The notes under the pieces: model-generated | The model's database searches: none | Seen by the model: only the letters and a program-made list of their open reading frames with translations | What the model was told of the DNA's origin: nothing | Source of the DNA: Macrostomum hystrix | Taxonomy: Eukaryota; Animalia; Platyhelminthes | Length of the DNA: 64,000 nt | NCBI GenBank assembly: GCA_950097015.1 | Contig: CATNEN010000037.1 | Location: 3,286,001-3,350,000, forward strand | Direction: 5' to 3' | Position numbers and translations under genes: made by a program | Part shown: positions 1 to 9,200 of the stretch, piece by piece | Position numbering within the stretch: position 1 is the first letter of the stretch | Layout of the letters: the number at the start of each line of letters is the position of its first letter

Positions 1-36
1 CAGTCAGATGGGAGTCATTCAGCAGTCAGATGGGAG
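1..36. repeat. Edge of a probable 22-bp tandem repeat (CAGTCAGATGGGAGTCATTCAG), cut by the window start
   Basis: CAGTCAGATGGGAG occurs at 1-14 and 23-36. Only about 1.6 copies are visible. Confidence 0.5.
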
Positions 37-2060
37 CCTTTTGGTTTCCCGGACTCTGGTGCAGGGAGTGCAGCTCGCTGATCTCAGAGCAAACCAGACC
101 CAAACTGCTCAGCAGGCTCGATTGACCAGCGCTGGAGACACCGTCAACTTCGCGACGATCGCTGACGCTGCTGCGCTCCAGACTGAGCAGCTGAGCCTCC
201 TCCAGGTTGTGGTTGCGCACCAGAATGCGGGCCACCAGCTCCAACTGGAAGTTCGCCTGACTGGCCACGTCCGAAGCGGCGTCTGGACCCGACCGGCACC
301 TGGAAAGGCTCGAGAGCGTCGCCGTCTCTTGGTGGCAGCCGTTTTCAGCTGTCGGCGGAGGGGCGGCCACAACGCGCACACTCGCCAGGGCTCCGGGCTC
401 CGGAATCGGGGTCTGCGCCGAGCTGGTAACTCGCTGCGGTGGCTTCTCAGCAGCTCGAACTCCAGCATCAGCAGAGGCGAAGTCCTTGAAAGTGCCGCAT
501 TCGCTGATCGTTGGAGGCTGCGTCTGCGTTGCCAAGGCTACCGTAGGCTGCACCTCTTTGAACTGGCCGAGTGTTTGCGCGGATATCGTAGACTTTGGAA
601 TCGGCTTCTCAGCAGCTCGAATTCCAGCATCAACGGTGACGAAGTCCTTGTAGCTTCCGTTCTCGCTGATCTTCGCTGGTGTGGTCTGCGTTGCCAAGGC
701 AGCCGTTTGTTGAATCTCTTTGAACTCGCCGAAAGTTTGAATCGACGAAGTTGACTTCGGAATCGGTTTCTCAGCAGCTCGAATTCCAGCATCAACGGTG
801 ACGAAGTCCTTGTAGCTTCCGTTCTCGCTGATCTTCGCTGGTGTGGTCTGCGTTGCCAAGGCAGCCGTTTGTTGAATCTCTTTGAACTCGCCGAAAGTTT
901 GAATCGACGAAGTTGACTTCGGAATCGGTTTCTCAGCAGCTCGAATTCCAGCATCAACGGAGACGAAGTCCTTGTAGCTTCCGTTCTCGCTGATCTTCGC
1001 TGGTGTGGTCTGCGTTGCCAAGGCAGCCGTTTGTTGAATCTCTTTGAACTCGCCGAAAGTTTGAATCGACGAAGTTGACTTCGGAATCGGCTTCTCAGCA
1101 GCCCGAATTCCAGCGTCAGAGGTGGCAAAATCTTTGAAGGTTCCGTTCTCGCTAATCTTCGGAGGCTGCGTCTGTGTTGCCATGACGACCGTTGGTTTGA
1201 CCTCTTTGAACTCGCCGATAGTTTGAGCCGATGTTTCTCCGCTCGAAGGCGCAGCTCGAATTCCAGAATGATTTACAGAAACGTCTTTGAATGCTCCGCA
1301 TTCACCAATAGACGGCGGCGTCGTCTGCGTCGCCAAGGCAACCGTTGGATGAACTTCTTTGAAGTCGCCGACAGTTTGCGCAGACGAATCGGACCTGCGC
1401 GGTGGCTCTTCAACCTTGCGCACCCCAGCTTCAACGTAGGCAAAGTCAACAAAGGCGCCGCACTCGCTGGCGAGTCTCTGCTGCGTCTGCGTTGCCAAAG
1501 CGACTGTCGGTCGGACCTCCTTGAAGTCGCCGACGGTCTGGGCTCCCCGGCTTTCTAGCTCGACGTCGAGCGAAGCGCCTGCGTCCACCACTGGCCGCCT
1601 GGGCGGATAGTTGCACTCCAGCCGCGTCACCGCATTGACGCCCTCGCAGCCGTCGCCGATCTCCAGTCGCTTGGCCGACACAAAGTTCCGATGTGGCAGG
1701 TCCACTGCCAGCTGGCGGCGCACCGTCAGCTCGGCCCGGTGAATCTCGCGCTCCACCCGGGTGGGCTGGTTCACCATCCAGTACATGCGGGTCACGTGCT
1801 GCTGCGGCTCCGCCGCTGGCAACGGTTCACCAGCCACGCTGCTGCTGCGCACGACGCTCCTAACACCGTCGGTGGTTGAGAGGCCGCTGCCGCCAGAGCC
1901 AGCGTGCAGCACCCGGTGAACCTCTTCGTTTATCACCGTGCTTGTCACGGTCCTAGAAGAGGCGACGGATAGGTTTCGTACGCGGCGCTGCGGCTGCAGC
2001 TGGGGCTGCTGCTGTTGCTTCTCCGCATCCATCTGGTTGGAGAACACATACACGCTGTTG
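26..2060 (-). CDS. Large, probably terminal coding exon: Gln-rich/low-complexity region, seven 54-aa repeats with TQT motifs, and a short C-terminal helix
   Basis: Lies in the 704-aa ORF 26-2140. Acceptor tttcacaatcgcattttAG|C (2062-2061) is phase 2 and completes GG+C = Gly; an alternative in-phase aacAG lies 6 nt further on. Stop TGA at 28-26. The first 26 aa of the ORF-track protein are intronic. Confidence 0.85.
410..1543 (-). repeat. Coding tandem repeat: 7 units of 162 bp (54 aa; one unit is 153 bp/51 aa) plus the start of an eighth
   Basis: The anchor a(t/c)tccagc recurs at 459, 621, 783, 945 and 1107 (162-bp steps), then at 1260. Consensus is about AQT(V/F)G(E/D)FKE(V/I)xxT(V/A)ALATQTxP.xISExGx(F/Y)KDF...DAG(I/V)RAAEKP.....S. 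1125 nt = 6x54 + 51 aa. Confidence 0.95.
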
Positions 2061-2141
2061 CTAAAATGCGATTGTGAAATTTTGGTGAGCAAAAGTGAAG
2101 CAAAAAAATGGCTATTCACCTCACTGTACCACCTCAACAAA

Positions 2142-2210
2142 CCTCACTCCAGCCACCCATCTCACTCCAGCCACCCACCTCACTCCAGCCATCCACCCCA
2201 CTCCAGCCAC
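2142..2210. repeat. Intronic 18-bp minisatellite (CTCACTCCAGCCACCCAY), about 4 copies
   Basis: Units start at 2143, 2161, 2179 and 2197, inside the 154-nt intron 2061-2214. Confidence 0.9.
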
Positions 2211-2214
2211 TTAC

Positions 2215-2366
2215 CCCTGTTGCAGCGATCCATCAGATTCGACTCGAATCTCCGGCACTGAGAAGCCCGGCGACAGCAAAGCAGCTTCGTCAAAGACTGG
2301 CTCAACCTCTGAGTTCGCCGAGTCCATCATGCGGTTGCGCAGTCTCTCCAGCGCGTCCACATGCTC
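2215..2366 (-). CDS. Internal exon (EHVDALERLRNRMMDSANSEVEPVFDEAALLSPGFSVPEIRVESDGSLQQ-G)
   Basis: Acceptor cttctgcctctacacatctgcAG|GAG (2368-2367) and consensus donor GG|GTaagt (2214). 152 nt, stop-free, phase 0 in and phase 2 out. Not in the ORF track. Confidence 0.8.
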
Positions 2367-2459
2367 CTGCAGATGTGTAGAGGCAGAAGTGCAGATCAGA
2401 TTTTACTTGCAAGCGTTAACCTAATTTTTCACGCACAATTCGAACTTTGAACAACTCAC

Positions 2460-2865
2460 ATTGAGCACTTTCAGCAAAGCTCTCGGCTGAATAACCTCCG
2501 ACTCTTTCAAAGACCTGGTACGTCGGCTGCTGCTCCGGTGACTATCGCTACGACCCAGGCCGCCTCCGCCGCCTCCGCCTCCTCCGTCAGTTGACGTCAC
2601 CGACGAGAGCGACACATTCGAGAGGCGGCGCTCCCGACTGGCCCGCACTGCCTGGTCGGACGGCGGCGACCTCTTAGCTCGGATTTGGCCAAGCAGGCGG
2701 GACAGGCCGGCCGCCTCCGGCTCGCTCAGGTAGCACAGGTAGCTAGACTCCAGCTCAGACATAAAGGCGAACAGAGAGGCTTCGGCTGCGTCCGAGTCTG
2801 TTGTGTACTGCGCGGTTTTAAAGTGCAACTGGTGCAAAAGGCCATTCTGTCCATTTCGCTGGCTC
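2460..2865 (-). CDS. Internal exon: helical segment (LHQLHFKTAQY...SLFAFMSELESSYL...LSRLLGQIR), then a Ser/Arg-rich linker with Gly9, ending ...RALLKVLN. The 5' boundary is uncertain.
   Basis: Body lies in ORF 2421-2873. Strong donor AAT|GTgagt (2459) is in phase with the next exon. The best acceptor (gtgctcAG|, 2867-2866) is one base out of frame with the body unless the T4 run at 2836-2839 is really T5. An alternative phase-compatible acceptor gives a start at 2797. Confidence 0.65.
2559..2585 (-). repeat. Coding GGA/GGC trinucleotide run encoding Gly9
   Basis: GGA GGA GGC GGA GGC GGC GGA GGC GGC read directly in the exon frame. Confidence 0.9.
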
Positions 2866-2936
2866 CTGAGCACGCACGCAAACAGGTGTGTACATCTGCC
2901 CTGACTTTTTGATCGTCAGGCAGTGTACACACTCAC

Positions 2937-3036
2937 CGTGCCTTGGAGGTTGGCCCTCTTGGGCGTAAAAGCCTCCAAGGCTTCTCTCCTCGGCCTCTCT
3001 CTCAAAAGCAACACCTCTCAGAACTTGAGTTGCTTT
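2937..3036 (-). CDS. Probable internal exon (KATQVLRGVAFEREAEERSLGGFYAQEGQPPRH-G)
   Basis: Acceptor tttttttgttttaAG|AAA (3038-3037), with an alternative in-frame cacAG giving a start at 3051. Strong donor CACG|GTgagt (2936). Phase 0 in matches the previous exon. No homology recognised. Confidence 0.6.
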
Positions 3037-3099
3037 CTTAAAACAAAAAAACTGTGAAGCTAAAAAAGCCGGAAAATGTAATAATATGATTTGCCTCAC

Positions 3100-3205
3100 C
3101 TTCTCCATGTGAATAAACTCAAGGAAGCTGCGAAATAGGTCCCCAACGTGCTGCTTGTAGCTGGTTAGAATCTGCACCCACACTGCTATGATAGTGTCGC
3201 GAAGC
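3100..3205 (-). CDS. Plakin-family gene exon after the giant intron (R-LRDTIIAVWVQILTSYKQHVGDLFRSFLEFIHMEK)
   Basis: Acceptor ttcttctcactgttacattgttacgaacccAG|G (3207-3206) and donor AAG|GTgagg (3099). The phase-2 join AG+G gives Arg, producing EALETMARLRDTIIAVWVQI. This parallels the post-SH3 helix of plakins (EA....R(I/L)E..Y..(V/L)..LW). Confidence 0.85.
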
Positions 3206-6200
3206 CTGGGTTCGTAACAATGTAACAGTGAGAAGAAATGATGGGTTGGCATTCATGAACGTTTCATCAATGACAACTAAAAAGCCAATCTTCAATGACC
3301 AGTTGAAAGCCAATCTTCAATGACCAATAGAAAGCCAATCTTCAATGACCACTAGAAAGCCAATCTTCAATGACCAGTTGAAAACCAATCTTCAATGACC
3401 AGTTGAAAACCAATCTTCAATGACCAATAGAAAGCCAATCTTCAATGACCAATAGAAAGCCAATCTTCAATGACCAGTTGAAAACCAATCTTCAATGACC
3501 AATAGAAAGCCAATCTTCAATGACCACTAGAAAGCCAATCTTCAATGACCACTAGAAAGCCAATCTTCAATGACCAGTTGAAAACCAATCTTCAATGACC
3601 AATAGAAAGCCAATCTTCAATGACCACTAGAAAGCCAATCTTCAATGACCAATAAAAAGCCAATCTTCAATGACCAGTTGAAAACCAATCTTCAATGACC
3701 AGTTGAAAACCAATCTTCAATGACCAGTTGAAAACCAATCTTCAATGACCAGTTGAAAACCAATCTTCAATGACCAGTTGAAAACCAATCTTCAATGACC
3801 ACTAGAAAGCCAATCTTCAATGACCAATAGAAAGCCAATCTTCAATGACCACTAGAAAGCCAATCTTCAATGACCAATAGAAAGCCAATCTTCAATGACC
3901 AGTTGAAAACCAATCTTCAATGACCAATAGAAAGCCAATCTTCAATGACCAATAGAAAGCCAATCTTCAATGACCAATAGAAAGCCAATCTTCAATGACC
4001 ACTAGAAAGCCAATCTTCAATGACCAATAGAAAGCCAATCTTCAATGACCACTAGAAAGCCAATCTTCAATGACCAGTTGAAAACCAATCTTCAATGACC
4101 AGTTGAAACCAATCTTCAATGACCACTAGAAAGCCAATCTTCAATGACCAATAGAAAGCCAATCTTCAATGACCACTAGAAAGCCAATCTTCAATGACCA
4201 CTAGAAAACCAATCTTCAATGACCAGTTGAAAACCAATCTTCAATGACCACTAGAAAGCCAATCTTCAATGACCAATAGAAAGCCAATCTTCAATGACCA
4301 CTAGAAAGCCAATCTTCAATGACCAATAGAAAGCCAATCTTCAATGACCAATAGAAAGCCAATCTTCAATGACCAATAGAAAGCCAATCTTCAATGACCA
4401 GTTGAAAACCAATCTTCAATGACCAATAGAAAGCCAATCTTCAATGACCACTAGAAAGCCAATCTTCAATGACCACTAGAAAGCCAATCTTCAATGACCA
4501 ATAGACAGCCAATCTTAAATGACCAGTTGAAAACCAATCTTCAATGACCACTAGAAAACCAATCTTCAATGACCAGTTGAAAACCAATCTTCAATGACCA
4601 CTAGAAAGCCAATCTTCAATGACCAATAGAAAGCCAATCTTCAATGACCACTAGAAAGCCAATCTTCAATGACCAATAGAAAGCCAATCTTCAATGACCA
4701 ATAGAAAGCCAATCTTCAATGACCACTAGAAAACCAATCTTCAATGACCAGTTGAAAACCAATCTTCAATGACCAATAGAAAGCCAATCTTCAATGACCA
4801 CTAGAAAGCCAATCTTCAATGACCACTAGAAAGCCAATCTTCAATGACCAATAGACAGCCAATCTTAAATGACCAGTTGAAAACCAATCTTCAATGACCA
4901 ATAGAAAGCCAATCTTCAATGACCACTAGAAAGCCAATCTTCAATGACCAATAGAAAGCCAATCTTCAATGACCACTAGAAAGCCAATCTTCAATGACCA
5001 ATAGAAAGCCAATCTTCAATGACCAGTTGAAAACCAATCTTCAATGACCAGTTGAAAACCAATCTTCAATGACCACTAGAAAGCCAATCTTCAATGACCA
5101 ATAGAAAGCCAATCTTCAATGACCAATAGAAAGCCAATCTTCAATGACCAGTTGAAAACCAATCTTCAATGACCAATAGAAAGCCAATCTTCAATGACCA
5201 GTTGAAAACCAATCTTCAATGACCAGTTGAAAACCAATCTTCAATGACCAATAGAAAGCCAATCTTCAATGACCAATAGAAAGCCAATCTTCAATGACCA
5301 GTTGAAAACCAATCTTCAATGACCACTAGAAAGCCAATCTTCAATGACCAATAGAAAGCCAATCTTCAATGACCAGTTGAAAACCAATCTTCAATGACCA
5401 GTTGAAAACCAATCTTCAATGACCACTAGAAAGCCAATCTTCAATGACCACTAGAAAGCCAATCTTCAATGACCAATAGAAAGCCAATCTTCAATGACCA
5501 CTAGAAAGCCAATCTTCAATGACCAGTTGAAAACCAATCTTCAATGACCACTAGAAAGCCAATCTTCAATGACCAATAGAAAGCCAATCTTCAATGACCA
5601 CTAGAAAGCCAATCTTCAATGACCAATAGAAAGCCAATCTTCAATGACCAGTTGAAAACCAATCTTCAATGACCACTAGAAAGCCAATCTTCAATGACCA
5701 ATAGAAAGCCAATCTTCAATGACCAGTTGAAAAACAATCTTCAATGACCAGTTGAAAACCAATCTTCAATGACCACTAGAAAGCCAATCTTCAATGACCA
5801 AAAGAAAGCCAATCTTCAATGACCACTAGAAAGCCAATCTTCAATGACCAATAGAAAGCCAATCTTCAATGACCAGTTGAAAACCAATCTTCAATGACCA
5901 ATAGAAAGCCAATCTTCAATGACCAATAGAAAGCCAATCTTCAATGACCAGTTGAAAACCAATCTTCAATGACCAATAGAAAGCCAATATTCAATGACCA
6001 ATAGAAAGCCAATCTTCAATGACCAGTTGAAAACGAATCTTCAATGACCAGTTGAAAACCAATCTTCAATGACCACTAGAAAGCCAATCTTCAATGACCA
6101 GTTGAAAACCAATCTTCAATGACCACTAGAAAGCCAATCTTCAATGACCAATAGAAAGCCAATCTTCAATGACCAATAGAAAGCCAATCTTCAATGACCA

Positions 6201-9200
6201 GTTGAAAACCAATCTTCAATGACCACTAGAAAGCCAATCTTTAATGACCAATAGAAAGCCAATCTTCAATGACCACTAGAAAGCCAATCTTCAATGACCA
6301 CTAGAAAACCAATCTTCAATGACCAGTTGAAAACCAATCTTCAATGACCACTAGAAAGCCAATCTTCAATGACCAATAGAAAGCCAATCTTCAATGACCA
6401 CTAGAAAGCCAATCTTCAATGACCAATAGAAAGCCAATCTTCAATGACCAGTTGAAAACCAATCTTCAATGACCACTAGAAAGCCAATCTTCAATGACCA
6501 ATAGAAAGCCAATCTTCAATGACCAGTTGAAAACCAATCTTCAATGACCAATAGAAAGCCAATCTTCAATGACCACTAGAAAGCCAATCTTCAATGACCA
6601 CTAGAAAGCCAATCTTCAATGACCAATAGAAAGCCAATCTTCAATGACCAGTTGAAAACCAATCTTCAATGACCAATAGAAAGCCAATCTTCAATGACCA
6701 CTAGAAAGCCAATCTTCAATGACCAATAGAAAGCCAATCTTCAATGACCACTAGAAAGCCAATCTTCAATGACCAATAGAAAGCCAATCTTCAATGACCA
6801 GTTGAAAACCAATCTTCAATGACCAGTTGAAAACCAATCTTCAATGACCACTAGAAAGCCAATCTTCAATGACCAATAGAAAGCCAATCTTCAATGACCA
6901 CTAGAAAGCCAATCTTCAATGACCAATAGAAAGCCAATCTTCAATGACCAATAGAAAGCCAATCTTCAATGACCAGTTGAAAACCAATCTTCAATGACCA
7001 ATAGAAAGCCAATCTTCAATGACCACTAGAAAGCCAATCTTCAATGACCACTAGAAAGCCAATCTTCAATGACCAATAGAAAGCCAATCTTCAATGACCA
7101 GTTGAAAACCAATCTTCAATGACCAATAGAAAGCCAATCTTCAATGACCACTAGAAAGCCAATCTTCAATGACCAATAGAAAGCCAATCTTCAATGACCA
7201 ATAGAAAGCCAATCTTCAATGACCAGTTGAAAACCAATCTTCAATGACCAATAGAAAGCCAATCTTCAATGACCAGTTGAAAACCAATCTTCAATGACCA
7301 GTTGAAAACCAATCTTCAATGACCAATAGAAAGCCAATCTTCAATGACCAATAGAAAGCCAATCTTCAATGACCAGTTGAAAACCAATCTTCAATGACCA
7401 CTAGAAAGCCAATCTTCAATGACCAATAGAAAGCCAATCTTCAATGACCAGTTGAAAACCAATCTTCAATGACCAGTTGAAAACCAATCTTCAATGACCA
7501 CTAGAAAGCCAATCTTCAATGACCAGTTGAAAACCAATCTTCAATGACCACTAGAAAGCCAATCTTCAATGACCAATAGAAAGCCAATCTTCAATGACCA
7601 ATAGAAAGCCAATCTTCAATGACCAGTTGAAAACCAATCTTCAATGACCACTAGAAAGCCAATCTTCAATGACCAATAGAAAGCCAATCTTCAATGACCA
7701 CTAGAAAGCCAATCTTCAATGACCACTAGAAAACCAATCTTCAATGACCAGTTGAAAACCAATCTTCAATGACCACTAGAAAGCCAATCTTCAATGACCA
7801 AAGAAAGCCAATCTTCAATGACCACTAGAAAGCCAATCTTCAATGACCAATCGAAAGCCAATCTTCAATGACCAGTTGAAAACCAATCTTCAATGACCAC
7901 TAGAAAGCCAATCTTCAATGACCAATAGAAAGCCAATCTTCAATGACCAGTTGAAAAACAATCTTCAATGACCAGTTGAAAACCAATCTTCAATGACCAC
8001 TAGAAAGCCAATCTTCAATGACCAAAAGAAAGCCAATCTTCAATGACCACTAGAAAGCCAATCTTCAATGACCACTAGAAAGCCAATCTTCAATGACCAG
8101 TTGAAAACCAATCTTCAATGACCAATAGAAAGCCAATCTTCAATGACCAATAGAAAGCCAATCTTCAATGACCAGTTGAAAACCAATCTTCAATGACCAA
8201 TAGAAAGCCAATCTTCAATGACCAATAGAAAGCCAATCTTCAATGACCAGTTGAAAACCAATCTTCAATGACCAGTTGAAAACCAATCTTCAATGACCAC
8301 TAGAAAGCCAATCTTCAATGACCAGTTGAAAACCAATCTTCAATGACCACTAGAAAGCCAATCTTCAATGACCAATAGAAAGCCAATCTTCAATGACCAA
8401 TAGAAAGCCAATCTTCAATGACCAGTTGAAAACCAATCTTCAATGACCACTAGAAAGCCAATCTTCAATGACCAATAGAAAGCCAATCTTCAATGACCAC
8501 TAGAAAGCCAATCTTCAATGACCACTAGAAAACCAATCTTCAATGACCAGTTGAAAACCAATCTTCAATGACCACTAGAAAGCCAATCTTCAATGACCAA
8601 TAGAAAGCCAATCTTCAATGACCACTAGAAAGCCAATCTTCAATGACCAATAGAAAGCCAATCTTCAATGACTAGTTGAAAACCAATCTTCAATGACCAC
8701 TAGAAAGCCAATCTTCAATGACCAATAGAAAGCCAATCTTCAATGACCAGTTGAAAACCAATCTTCAATGACCAATAGAAAGCCAATCTTCAATGACCAA
8801 TAGAAAGCCAATCTTCAATGACCAAAAGAAAGCCAATCTTCAATGACCACTAGAAAGCCAATCTTCAATGACCACTAGAAAGCCAATCTTCAATGACCAG
8901 TTGAAAAACAATCTTCAATGACCAGTTGAAAACCAATCTTCAATGACCACTAGAAAGCCAATCTTCAATGACCAAAAGAAAGCCAATCTTCAATGACCAC
9001 TAGAAAGCCAATCTTCAATGACCACTAGAAAGCCAATCTTCAATGACCAGTTGAAAACCAATCTTCAATGACCAATAGAAAGCCAATCTTCAATGACCAA
9101 TAGAAAGCCAATCTTCAATGACCAGTTGAAAACCAATCTTCAATGACCAATAGAAAGCCAATCTTCAATGACCAATAGAAAGCCAATCTTCAATGACCAG

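Noticed and set aside
398-420. SxIP-type EB1-binding motif (TPIP) as in spectraplakin tails
   Set aside because: It has Pro at the x position and acidic rather than basic/Ser-rich flanks, so it is a poor match.
8-2424. Plus-strand and alternate-frame ORFs (8-754, 109-468, 538-1128, 1223-1558, 1691-1879, 1938-2261, 2095-2424, 2108-2380)
   Set aside because: These are shadows of a GC-rich repetitive exon or of the 18-bp repeat, with Arg/Ser-rich composition and no supporting splice or domain evidence.
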